A DNA stretch of 64,000 nt from Blastocladiella emersonii ATCC 22665 (GCA_025594325.1 JANHCV010000015.1:186001-250000), one strand, 5' to 3'; positions 46,770 to 58,317 are shown, counted from the stretch's first letter. Notes: generated by a model from the sequence alone, not told the origin. Numbers and translations: made by a program.

Positions 46770-48071
46770 ATGATGGCTTCCGCGGCGACACCACCACCAC
46801 CACGGTCTACTTCCAACGGCGGCGCACCGGGCCCCGACGCGCGGCCGCCGTGGCAGGACCTCGACGACCAGGTCGGCGACCGCATCGACCCGCCGCTCGC
46901 GTCGATCCGGCGCGTGCTGGTGACTGGCGGGGCCGGGTTCATGTACGCGCGTCATCGCACTCGCTCTTGCAGCCGAATTTCACACTCCCCGCGGACATAG
47001 CGCGTCGTTTCTAGTGCGCAAACTCGCGCGGCTGTACCCCGAGTGGCAGCTCGTGGTGATCGACAAGCTCGACTACTGCTCGTCGCTGCGCTCGCTCGAC
47101 GGTCTGCCGTCGGACCGCGTCGTGTTCGAGCAGGGCGACATTGCGGACCCGGCCTTCGTCAACCGCGTGTTCGCCGCGCACGCGCCCATCGACACCGTGG
47201 TGCACCTGGCGGCGCAGTCGCACGTCGACAACTCGTTCGGCAGCGGCGTGTCGTCGCTCGAGTTCACGCGGGCGAACGTGCTGGGGACGCACGTCCTGCT
47301 CGAGGCCGCAAGGCAGTGCGCGCCGACGATGCCGCGGTTCGTGCACGTGTCGACGGACGAGGTGTACGGGGACATCCCCGGCGACGCGCCGAACGCGCGC
47401 GAGGACGCGCCGCTCGCGCCCAACAACCCGTACTCGGCGACGAAAGCCGCCGCCGAGTGCCTCGTGCGCGCGTACCACCGCACCTACGGGCTGCCCGCGA
47501 TCGTGACCCGGTCCAACAACGTGTACGGGCCGTGCCAGTTCCCCGAGAAGATCGTGCCCAAGTTCGTGTGTCTCCTCCTCGAGGGGCGGCGGTGCACGAT
47601 CCACGGCGACGGGAGTAACGTGCGGCGGTACCTGTACGTCAGCGACGTCGCCGACGCGCTCGACGTCGTCATCCACCGCGGCGTGCCTGGCGAGATCTAC
47701 AATATCGGGACCGACGTCGAGATGGCCAACGTCCAGCTCGCCGAAACGCTCGTGCGCGCCGTCTACCCGGACGCGAGGGACCCGATCGCCGAGCACTGCG
47801 AGTGGGTGCCCGACCGCGCGCTCAACGACCGCCGGTACGCCGTCGACTCGGCTAAGATGCGCAAGCTCGGATGGACGCCGCGCGTGTCGCTCGACGAGGG
47901 GCTCGCGAGGACCAGTACGTTTGCCTTTTACTCGTGCGAGCTCGACGGATCGCTGACACTTTGGGCGGACGTGTAGTCGAGTGGTACCGCGAGCACCGGC
48001 ACGGGTGGTGGCCGGGCGACCTCGACGCGGCGCTGCGCGCGCACCCAACACATCCCTCTCCACGCAACTAG
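46770..48071 (+). CDS. TGDS: NDP-glucose 4,6-dehydratase (TGDS/RmlB/RHM type, extended SDR; 393 aa). Exons 46770-46942, 47001-47914, 47977-48071
   Basis: VLVTGGAGF|IAS, IDKLDYC, HLAAQSHVDNSF, HVSTDEVYG, PYSATKAAAE, RSNNVYGP.QFPEK, DR..NDRRY. Confidence 0.9.
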
Positions 48072-48107
48072 CACAAACCATGACCCACTCACTATTCACT
48101 CTATATA

Positions 48108-48827
48108 TCACCCACTGCGCAAGTTACACGTCCCGTGCATCGGACAATGCAGCTCCGCCTTCCACGCCTCGGGGTCGCCGCAATCGCAGCACCCGCCGCC
48201 CATGGACGAGTGCACGTACACGTCGTGGCCCGCGTGGTCCTGCGCCTCGTAGCACGCCGCGCACAAGACACACGTCGAGTCGAGCGCGCACGTCGCGCAC
48301 CGGTACAAGATGTCGTTTTTCCGGAACACGCGGCCGCACGCTGTCGGCGGGGTGCCGTGCGGGACACGCGTGGAGGTGGTAGCCGAAGTTGGGGTGGACG
48401 CGGAGCGGGGTGGGACCAGCGACGCGTACAGGGCGTCCCACGACGGCGGCGCGGTGCCCGAACCACCCGAGTGCGTCAGGACGGCCGAGATCAGGTGCGC
48501 CGCGACCGTCGATTCGAGCGCGCGCGGCACCTCGACGGGGACGGTGGGGAGCCGGCTCACGGCACCGGTCGTGGCCGACACGACGGCGACGGGCGCGCTC
48601 GCCTCGGCGCACGGGTTGAGCGACGCGTGCTCGCGGTCGGTCCACTCGGCTTTTGTGGCGGAGTGGAATGTGGTGGGCGAGGTCGGCGATGTCGGCGCGC
48701 CGCCGCTGCCGCCGTCCGGGACCGAGGGCGCGCGCAGCGGGGTCACGGCGAGCGAGCACGGCGGGTGGATCAGCAGGCCGCGGACCGCGGCGCGCGATGC
48801 GGATTGTGTTGAGAGTTCAGGTTCCAT
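48108..48827 (-). CDS. Stand-alone UBR-box (zf-UBR) protein, 239 aa
   Basis: CGRVFRKNDILYRCATCALDSTCVLCAACYEAQDHAGHDV...GGGCCDCGDPEAWK..LHCPMH, then a stop 7 residues later. Confidence 0.85.
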   Translation of the reverse strand: MEPELSTQSASRAAVRGLLIHPPCSLAVTPLRAPSVPDGGSGGAPTSPTSPTTFHSATKAEWTDREHASLNPCAEASAPVAVVSATTGAVSRLPTVPVEVPRALESTVAAHLISAVLTHSGGSGTAPPSWDALYASLVPPRSASTPTSATTSTRVPHGTPPTACGRVFRKNDILYRCATCALDSTCVLCAACYEAQDHAGHDVYVHSSMGGGCCDCGDPEAWKAELHCPMHGTCNLRSG

Positions 48828-49215
48828 GGCGAGTGAGGGTGTTTGGGAGGAGAGAGAAGAAGGGAAACCGAGCGAAAGGAAACGCGAGGTCGCGGCAGCA
48901 GCGACGTGACCTCACGCGCGTGTGGGCGATCGGCAACGGGGCACGTGGATGGCAGGCGCCACTCTGGGCCGCGGCAACAGAGTGTCGCGTTTTCGCTGGC
49001 GGGCCGGGCAGGCGGGCGCGGCCGGGCGGCGGAGCGCCCCCCAAACACCAAAACGTTTGGTCGCCCCCCGTCGCCCGCCCTCTCTCTCCTCCTGGTCTGT
49101 ATCGCCTCGGTGTATCCATCTCCCTCCAGGTCAGTCTTCCACGCATGCACCAACGCAACGAACGGAACGCGTCGCCTAACGCGCCGCCGTCGCCACGACC
49201 GTCTAGCTACCAACC

Positions 49216-49758
49216 ATGACTTTTGACGAGAAGACGCTCAAGAAGGTGATCAAGGAGGGCGGCAAGCGCGGCGTCGAGATCGAGGGCGCTGCCACCATGG
49301 GCGGTCTGCAGTACTTCTGCACCAAGGTCGACGAGCCCGCGGGCAACGCCGAGCTGCTGGTCAAGTCGGTCGAGGCCATGAACGCCGAGGTCGACGAGGC
49401 CGAGGAGGAGCGCAAGGGCGGCTCGGGCGCCATCGGCAAGATGGTCTTCTCGTGCAACGACCAGACCCTGGCCATCGTCGCCTACGTGCCCGCCGACAAG
49501 ACCAAGGACCTGTCGGCCACCACGTGGCTCAAGTCGGTCCTCGACCAGTATGAGGGCAAGTTCGTCCGCGGCGACGACGGCATGGCCGTTGGCGAGATCT
49601 ACTCGAACCCCGACGCCGGCAAGTTCACGCTCAAGATCCGCGACGAGGCCCTCCCCAAGGCCATCGTCTACCTCCGCTCCAAGGGTCTCTTCCCCGAGGC
49701 CGACTCGGACTCGGACTCGGACTTCGTCATGGGCGACGACTACTTTGACGAGATGTAA
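49216..49758 (+). CDS. Conserved-looking small protein of unknown function with an acidic tail (180 aa)
   Basis: Single ORF with very strong codon bias, globular composition (KKVIKEGGKRGVEIEGAATMGGLQYFCT, ERKGGSGAIGKMVFS) and a DSDSDSD tail. Confidence 0.8.
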   Translation: MTFDEKTLKKVIKEGGKRGVEIEGAATMGGLQYFCTKVDEPAGNAELLVKSVEAMNAEVDEAEEERKGGSGAIGKMVFSCNDQTLAIVAYVPADKTKDLSATTWLKSVLDQYEGKFVRGDDGMAVGEIYSNPDAGKFTLKIRDEALPKAIVYLRSKGLFPEADSDSDSDFVMGDDYFDEM

Positions 49759-50086
49759 GGAGACCTTCACCGGCTCTCCCTGCTTCCCAGTCTCGGTGGT
49801 GCTGCCCGTCGGGTTGTTCGTGTCCCTCTCCCCCTGTACCCTATAACCCAACGCGCTGCCGCTGCTGTTGCTGCGAGATTCTATAAACCTGTAAGAATTT
49901 GTTGACCACCACTCGTCCTGACTTGACCTCGATGTGCGTCGCCGCCGCGGCCGTTTTCACGCGCGTCTCCCGCGTTGGCGAAGGAGACACCCGGAGGCGC
50001 GCGCACTCGCCCGCTGTGCTGCAGCCGCGATCGCGTCGCCCTCTCCCTCGCGTCGCTCACCCTCACATACGCCGCCCGCTCTGCCC

Positions 50087-51730
50087 ATGCATTCGGACCC
50101 AGCACCGACGCCCGCCATCCTACCAAGCGCGCTCACCGTCGTCGCTGCCCTCTGCGTCGCCGCCGCCCTGATCGCCACCATGGCCGTCCCCACGTCCCCG
50201 CCAGCGCGCGCCGCGTCCACATCGCGCTCGCGCTCGGCCTCGCCGCCGCGCCTGCGGCCCAATGACCAGGACACGATGCACCCGCCGCCGCGCCTGCGCA
50301 TCGCTTTCGTGCACCCAGACCTCGGTATCGGTACGCGCGTTCCCCGCGGTGCTGGATGATCCATCACCAGTCACTCACTCTCGCCCGCCTCGCGACGTGT
50401 AGGCGGCGCCGAACGCCTGATCGTCGACGCCGCGACCGGCCTACAGTCGCGCGGGCACGCCGTGCGCGTGTACACGAGCCACCACGACGCGGCGCACTGC
50501 TTCCCGGAGACGCGCGACGGGACGCTGCGCGTCGGCGTGCACGGCGACTGGCTGCCGCGGTCGACGCTGGGCCGCCTGCACCTCGTGTGGGCGGTCGTCC
50601 GCCACCTGTGGCTGTGCCTGATCCTCGCGCTGCGCCACCGGTCCGACCCCGCCGACGTGTACGTCGTCGACCAGCTGTCGACGGGCGTGCCCTTCCTCCA
50701 GCGCGCGACGGGCGCGCGCGTCCTGTTCTACTGCCACTTCCCCGACAAGCTCTTGGCCTCCAGCAAGACGCGCGGGAGTACGCTGGGCCGAGTGTACCGC
50801 GCGCCGCTCGACTGGATCGAGGAAGCGACGACGGGCGCCGCCGACGAGATCGTCGTCAACTCCAAGTTCACCCGCGCCGTGTTCAGGGCCGCGTTCCCCT
50901 CCATCAAGCGCGTCCCCGCCGTCGTGTACCCGGGCGTCCCGCCCGCGCCCGTTTCCGGGAGTGCACCGGCGTGGGAGGTGACGGCCCCCGGCCCCGTGTT
51001 CGCCAGCATCAACCGGTTCGAGCGCAAGAAAAACCTGCCGCTCGCCCTCGCCGCGTTCGCGCGCGCCCGCGCCGCCCTGCCCGCAGGCGCCACGCTCGTC
51101 CTCGCCGGCGGCTTCGACCCGCGCGTCCGCGAGAACGCGGCCGTGCTCGCCGAGCTCACCGAGCAGGCCAAGTCCCTGAACCTCACCTCGGCGACCGTCG
51201 CCGGGTCGGACCTCACGGGCCCCGCATGGCCGCTCCCCGCCGGCACCCCAGTCGTGTTCGTGACCAGCATCCCGGAACCCGCGAAATCCGCGCTCCTGGC
51301 GCGCGCGACCGCGCTCGTCTACACGCCCGCGTACGAGCACTTTGGCATCGTCCCCGTCGAGGCCATGCGCGCCGGCGTCCCCGTCGTCGCCGTCAACAAC
51401 GGCGGGCCAGCCGAGTCCGTCCGCCACCACCGCACCGGGTACCTGTGCTCGCCCGCGGGCGCCCAGGTGGGCGAGGGCGAGGTCGATCTCGAGGACTTTG
51501 TCCGCACCGTCAACGGCGGCGGCGCAAACCTGGATGAGGCGCTGGTTGCCCAGTTCGCGCTCGGGATGCAGTGGGCCGCGGGACTCGCGCCCAAGCAGCG
51601 CGCGGCGTTTGCCGAGGCGGCGAGGGAGCGCGTTGAGGAGAAGTTTTCTCGTGGCGCGTTCATTGACGCGCTCGAGGCGGCCCTCATGGCGTGTACCGCC
51701 GGCGCCGTGTGTCGCGCCAAGGCCGAGTGA
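50087..51730 (+). CDS. ALG2: Alpha-1,3/1,6-mannosyltransferase ALG2 (GT4). Exons 50087-50330, 50403-51730
   Basis: LRIAFVHPDLGIG|GAERLIVDAA, YTSHHD..HCFPET, LFYCHFPDKLL, SINRFERKKNL, YTP..EHFGIVPVEAM, NNGGP.ESV. Start codon may be 50087 or a later ATG. Confidence 0.92.
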
Positions 51731-52060
51731 TGGCGCGCGCGTGTGTGGGCGATGGAATATACCAGTTCAACTCGTTGACGGTCGTCGTAGGGCGCGGTGG
51801 GTGGAGGAGTGGACGCGGTGGTGGATCGCGTCGCGGTCTGGACCACGCGTTCTGAGGCGTGGCTGAGACGCGCGTTGGCCACGGAGCGCGTGCGGTTCCC
51901 AACCGGCGGAAAACACATGCTTGCCGGGACAACCCCAGAAAACAGGGTGAAGATGCAGCCGCGGCTATGCACCTTGCTCGCCTTCCCTTGACCCGCGCCC
52001 CAGCTCGCGCGTCGCTCGCCCTCCTTCGACTCGTCGTCCCGGATCCACGGCATCAACACC

Positions 52061-53565
52061 ATGAAGCTGCTCAACGCCCTCCTTATCGTCTCGCTGCTGA
52101 GCGCTACCGGCGCACGCGCCGCCGAGGTTGACCGCCGTGGTGCGCATCACACGCGCGCTCGAGCCTTCGCGTAGTTGTGTGCGCTAACGCGCTCCCCACG
52201 CCGCGTACTGTAGCGCCCGTGCAGCCGGGTGCGATCCCCGCGCCCGCGACGTGGGGCACCGCGACCTACTCGTCCAAGACCTTCATCCCGCCGGGCGACG
52301 AGTGGTACTCGTTCAACGCGTGCTACCCGGGCTCCGGCACGCCGTGGACGATCCTGCTCGACCACCCGCACGCGGCGACCTACGACATGGTCGTCGATGT
52401 GGTCGTATCGTATCCCGCGACGGCCGGGTACGACACGCCGCACGCGTACCTGTGGTCCGACGGCAAGTGGGTCGCGCTGACCGAGGCGGCGGAGCCCGTC
52501 AACCTCAACTGCATCGGAGGCCAGATGGTGCGGGCCGTCGCAGGCGCGCAGTGCTGGGCCAACCCCAACGTGCCCAAGCTGTCGGCCACGATCAAGGCCG
52601 GGTCCAAGGCGTTCGCCTTCGGGCCCATCACGGGCACCAAGTGCACCGCCGGCATGTTCCGGTACCGCTTCGTCGAGCCGCCGCCGTACTGCACGTCGAC
52701 GAGCGCGCCCGACTACGTGGTCCCGCGCGACACGGCCGGGGCGGTCGCGACGGCGGCGCTGCCCGTCGCCCAGCTCGCGTGCAACCAGATCGGCGCCGAC
52801 CTCGCGCCCGTCACGTCCAAGAACGCGGTCGACGTCGCCAAGGGTACGCGTGCTGCGAGCCGCTCGTCTTGCGTGATGCGCCGACAGATCGCTGACCGCT
52901 GATGGCGACATGTAGCCGGCATCGATTGCATTGGCCTCGGCAAGCAGGCGCTCGTCGCGAGCTGGGAGGGTAACTCGTACGACCAGCCCGGCCTGCTTCT
53001 CTCGCTGCCGAGCAAGGCTGGCAAGGTACGCTCTCCTCTTGTCCACGGAAAACCACTGCAGACCACCACTCACTACTGCCCTTCACCTTCACTCGCCGCG
53101 TAGTCGCCCTCGGTCAACGTCGCCGACCCCTCGACCCCGCTGCCGCCCATCTGCAAGCTGCGCAAGTCCACCGAGACCGAGTTCGGCCTGGTCGTCGGCG
53201 CCGACTCGCCGGTCCGTGTCGTGGTCCTGTCCGAGGGCGTGGACGCGGCCTCGGCCGCCGCCGTGTGCACGCGCCGCGGGTACTCGCTCGCCGACCTCAA
53301 GTCCGGCTCGGGCTCGGGATCGACGTTCGCCACGGCGTCGGGCGTCACGTACCAGGCGCTTGGCAGCGGCGGCAAGGCGTGGATTCACTCGTACGACGGG
53401 GACGCGTACGCGGGCTCCTGCATCGCCCTCACAGCCGCCGACTCGCCGACCAAGGCCGGCAGCGTCAACGTGCCCGCCGGCGGGTGCACCGGCAAGCTCG
53501 ACGCCGTCGTGTGTCAGACGGCTGCCGCTTCGACCGCCCCGATGCAGCGCCGCAGCGAGCTTTAA
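52061..53565 (+). CDS. Secreted Cys-containing protein with C-terminal C-type-lectin-like module(s), copy A (426 aa). Exons 52061-52139, 52214-52843, 52916-53025, 53104-53565
   Basis: Signal peptide MKLLNALLIVSLLSATGARA followed by a dibasic RR. Repeated pattern A...C...G..LA.L....AW(I/V).S(W/Y).G..Y...C..L...G.VNV...C...L..VVC. Three introns with consistent phases. Confidence 0.75.
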
Positions 53566-54057
53566 GGGTTCTCCGAGTGTGTTCTGGGTGATGATTGTGC
53601 ACCGGAGTTGTTTGACGGGATATTGGATGCGGTTTCTTGAGCTGCACACCGTGCAACGCACTATTCGACCACGTCACCCGTGCACAACGCCGTAGTTCGC
53701 GCCGCGCCACGCACGTGTTCAAGCCGACGCGCTTTCTTTGGTCCCTTGAGGTCTTCCTGCGGTTGCAAGCGACGGGTCTGAGAGTTTGGGCTAGATCGTG
53801 GTCGAAGGACGCTTTTCGATATATACCAGTGCATTCCGCGATGAGTATCGCATGGCTTTTCTCCTTGGCTCGAGAGGCTCGGGTTTCTCGCGAAGCGCAA
53901 GTCCAAAACTGTGGCGCAACGCGTCTCACATTTCACACGCGACGCTCGGATTTCTCCGCGTCGCGAACGCAGACCGCCAAATCCCGAAGCTCTCGCGCCG
54001 ATATAGCAAGCTATCCGTTCACATGCAACTTCATGCAGCGCGCCCGGGGCACTCTCG

Positions 54058-57000
54058 ATGAAGCTTAGAACAATCTCCGGGATCATCTCAATTATATGGC
54101 TGAACCTTGCTGTCCAAGTCGCCTTCACGGAGACTTCCGGCGAAGCAGCAGCAGCCGAAACGGCTTCCACTGTCAGCAGCCGAGCGCCGACGTCGCCTGC
54201 CATGGCGAGCCTACTCGCGCAGTGCCGTGTGTGCCACCGACGATCCGAAGTCCAGATTGGCATGGTGTCGCACGGTACGCGTCGTTTACTGTCAAGTTTC
54301 CGACGCGTAGCTTACAAGCGACGTGATGTTTAGGCGACTGGAATCTCGACTCGTTTTGGATCCGGTCCAAGAGCGGAATCGTGCGCGCCGCGGAGCTATA
54401 CAATGTCTCGGCGTACCCGCTCAACCCGACCATCTTTGACCCGGCGGACAACGCGATCGCCGTGACCAACGCGGCGGCCAATTTTTCGCTGATCGGCACG
54501 ACCATCGGTACGAGCGGGCGTCGCAGCGATGTGGTCGTACCTGCTGCTAACGCTCGGTCGTGTAGTTGAGATGGCCACCGTCGGTAACGCGGTGCTCAAC
54601 ATTACGCAGAGCAAGCGCGCGGCCGTCGTGGCGTACAACGCCGGCGACAGCCTCATCTCGTCGCTCGGAGTGTGCGTTCGTCTCTCGCAGCTGTCACCCC
54701 CACCCATGCTCACGACCTCGCGTGTAGAATGAACTTTGTGGGCCAGCCCGAGTACACGGCGGCCTTCAAGGTCGGCGTGACGCTCGCGCGCGAGGGCAAG
54801 GTCAAGGCGGCCTGCATCCAGCACGAGGCCGGCAATATTGCGCTGATCGAGCGCTGCAACGGCGTCAACGACGGGATCAAGTCCGTAACGCGTCCGTGTA
54901 CTAACGACACTTCACCACGTCGCACGATCTAACCGCCTGCTTTGTGTAGCCGGAGCTTCAAGCACGGCCATGGCGGTCGACGGCACGTCCATCTCGGCCA
55001 TCGACGCGACCATCAACAACGCGCTCGACACCATCCTCGGGCTCGACGCGATCGTGACGCTCGGCACCGACGTCGCGATGCGCGCGATCCAGGCCGTGCA
55101 GGCTCGCGGCCGTTCCTCGACTATTGGCATCGCCACGTTCGACATTTCCGTCGAGCTCTGCAGCGCCATCGCCCAAGGTAAGGCTCTCTTCGCCATCGAC
55201 CAGCAAGAGTTTATCCAAACCTTCACGACGGTGCAGCTGCTCAAGCTCTACCACATGACGGGCGGCATGCAGCTTGCCACGAAGCTGCTGCTCTCGGGCC
55301 CGTCCGTCGTACGGCTCGCTAACGTGCAGCGCAAGCTGTGCCAGCTCGACCCGACGCGGTCTGGGTGTACAAATCCGAGTCCGAGCGTACGTTACAGCAC
55401 TTCGACAACTCTCGGCCGAGCATTGACCGTGGACGTGTTTGTAGTCCATCACCATCGCGATTGCCGCGACGGGCAGCTGGACGGGCACGGACTCGTTCCA
55501 CCAGCAGGCCAAGTACGGGGCCCTCGCCGCGGCGCGCGAGCACGGCACCGCGCTGCGGTTCATCGACACGAACCTGTTCGACCTCCAGGCGCTCGCTTCG
55601 CTCATCCAGACCACCATCAACGACCGCGTCTCGGCGCTCGTCATCCCCGTCCCGTCGATCGGCGCCGGGCAGAACTTTGCGTCGCTCATCGATGCCGCCG
55701 CCGCGCACACCATCCCCGTCGTGACGTGGGCCACGGGCACGGTGCGCGGGTCCGACCGCGTTCAGAACGGCAGCGCGCTCATGCACATCGGCCAGAACGA
55801 GACAACGAGCGGGATGCTCCTCGGCGCGCGGCTCAACGCGCTCGTCCCGGCCGGGTCGCAGGTGCTGTGCTTGACGCAGGAGCTCGGGAGCGACGACATG
55901 CCGCTCAAGTGCGCGGGGATCCAGGCCGCGCTGAACATGGGCCGCACCGTGGTCGCCGCAGGACTCGGCGGCTCCGCGCTCCCGCTCGCCGTGTCCGTGC
56001 GGAACGTGGTGCAATCCGTCGTCGACATCCAGACGGCGCTTGCGGCGTTCCCGCGGGTCGCGGCCATCGTGTACCCGTCGGCCGAGGCGGCCAAGATGGT
56101 GCTGTCGGCAACGACGAGATCGCTTTCGAGCGTCGTGGTCGCTGGCTACGGCATGAGCTCCGAGGTCGCCGAGAGCATCCTCAGCGGCCGCATTGCGTTC
56201 ACGGTCGACGAGCAGCCGTACCTCCAGGCGTATATGGCCGTCGCGTCGCTGTCGCTGTACCTCACCGACGGGTACATCTTGCAGAACCCACTCCTCGAGA
56301 CGGGCCCGCGCATCATCGACCCGTCGACGCTCGCGACGGCCGTGTGCCGCGCCGACACGACGCGCGACCCGAGCGCCGAGTGCCCGGCGTGCCCGGCCAA
56401 GTGCGGTGCGGCCGGCGTCGCGGGAGGCGGGATCTGCCTCGACTCGGGCGCGTGTGCGTGCAGGCCCGGGTGGCTGCTCGGCCCAGATCACGACTGTACG
56501 GTCCGCGACCCGGGGCTCACGTACATCAGCGCGCAGTCGGGCGTCGCAGTTGCGCTCATGGGCATCACGGGGCTGGCCATGGCGTCGACGCTCGCCGTGA
56601 CCGCGTTCATCGTCGTGTACCGCACCGACCCGACCATCAAGGCGACGTCGTGGGCCATCTCGATCGTCATGCAGGCCGGCGTCCTCGCTGTCCTTACATC
56701 GGTGTTCCTGGCCGTCGGCGAGCCGACACCCGCCGTATGCGCGGCGCGGCCGTTCCTCCTCGCGGTCGGGTTCGCGACGGTTATCGGGTTCCTGGTCGCC
56801 AAGACATGGCGCGTGTACCTCTTGTTCAACACGGTCAAGCTGCGCGGGCGCAAGATCACGGACGTGCAGGTCGTCGCGTGGGGCTGCGCGGTCGCGCTCG
56901 TCAGCGTTACGATCTGGGTCGCGTGGGTGGCAACGGACCCGCCGGTGCCGACCAACATCTTCATTGCCGAGGGCCTCACCAACGTCGTTTGCAAGAGCCG

Positions 57001-58317
57001 CGGCGGGGCTGAGAGCGCGTTCGAGGCGCTGCTCATCGCATATGTGCGTGTTCGCTCGCAGCCGACCGAGATCGTTCACTGACACGCTCGATTGTAGAGC
57101 GTCGTGCTCATCCTCGTCGGCGCCGCGCTGGGTTTCGTGACGCGCACGGTTATCGCGCGGTTCAACGAGTCCCGCCCGAGTACGTTTCATCGAGTCATTT
57201 TCGCCGCGCTGTCCTGATCGCTGACCACGAACATACCCGGATCAAGTCGGCCTCATCATGTATAACCTCATCGCGCTCGCGGCCATCGGCATCCCGCTCG
57301 CCGCCTCGAGCACCTCGAACTTGATGCTGTGGTTCGTCGTGCAGACGGTGGTCACGCTCCTCGGGTGCATCAGCACGCAGCTGCTCCTGTTCGCGCCCAA
57401 GATCATGGCCATCCTGAAGCTCAAAAACCCGTCGCGCGGTGCCGGCGGCGAGAACTCGACGGCGCTCAAGACGCAAACGGCCTCGACCTTTGGCATCGGC
57501 AAGGCCCCCGCGCCTCCCGCGACCATGGGATCGTGGCGCGGCCAGCCGGGCATCCGCAAGCGGACCACCTCGCGTGGGATCTCGGACCCAGGCCTGCACG
57601 ACTCGTCGACCTTCGACACGATGTACCTTCACGCGCCCGCTCGCGTGCTGCGGAGTCGACTCGACTCGCTCACCGCGGTCTGGTTCCCGGCGCTCGTCAC
57701 GTTCATGGGCGATCCGGCGGTGCCCATGGTCGCCGTGTTCGACACGTCGGCGCAGGGCAAGCTCGGGGTCGTGGTCGACCTGTCGCAGGCGCTCGTGTCT
57801 GTGGTCGAGATGGAGCCGGGTACGATCTCCGCGGCGGCAGCGGCGGCGGCGGCGAGCAGCAGTGGCCAGGCGACGTCGGGCAAGGACACGGCCGCGGCCG
57901 CAAGCGGGAGCAGTGGCATGGCGTTCGCCCCGGTCCAAGTCGGTTCGAGTGCCGTCGGCGAGTCGACGGACACGGTCGGGTCGCTCACCACGCAGGTTGC
58001 CGGGATCATCAACTTGCGTACCATGGTACAATCATCTCGCTTTCTCTTTCGGATCGCGACTTCGCTGACGCTACTTGTAGATGGGCCAGGCTGTCTACAT
58101 CCAGTTTTCCAACCCCGCGCAGTTCAACCTGTGGACGGCGCAGCTCACCAAGGCGTGCGGCTTCTCGACGCGACCGTCGCACAGCGGCTCCAAGGACAAG
58201 GACAAGGACAAGGAAAGCGACGGGCCGCACGTCAGCGCCGCCAAGGTCGGTCGGACCCGTCAGTTCAGCGGCGGGCTGGGCGACGGCGCTCCGGGCGTTG
58301 ACAGTATCCGGGAGTGA
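54058..58317 (+). CDS. Class C-type (7tm_3) GPCR with two periplasmic sugar-binding (Peripla_BP_4-like) domains, an EGF-like module and a PH-like cytoplasmic tail (1264 aa). Exons 54058-54274, 54334-54507, 54566-54671, 54728-54891, 54950-55386, 55445-57043, 57098-57179, 57247-58025, 58081-58317
   Basis: Signal peptide. PBP-1: IGMVSHG|DWNLDSFW..G..RAAELYNV, VGQPEY, C.QHEAGNIALIERCNG, FAIDQQEFIQ. PBP-2: DSFH..AKYGA..AAREHG, IGQNETTSG, C...ELG....PLKCAG, FTVDEQPYLQAY. EGF-like CPAKC...GIC...GACAC.PGW. Seven hydrophobic helices with IKATS, AKTWRVY, FNES and LFAPK motifs. Eight introns with phases 1,1,2,1,0,0,1,0 summing to 3795 nt. Confidence 0.88.

Noticed and set aside
26596-48827. Apparent ubiquitin/proteostasis cluster (CUL4, UBL-BAG, UBC6, UBR box)
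   Set aside because: The genes are interspersed with unrelated ones over more than 20 kb and belong to different pathways. Such genes are abundant, so co-occurrence is expected by chance.
53551-53565. C-terminal RSEL/SEL of the lectin-like proteins as an ER-retention or peroxisomal signal
   Set aside because: It is only a loose match to KDEL/HDEL or SKL. The proteins have signal peptides and RR may simply be a processing site, so it cannot be supported.
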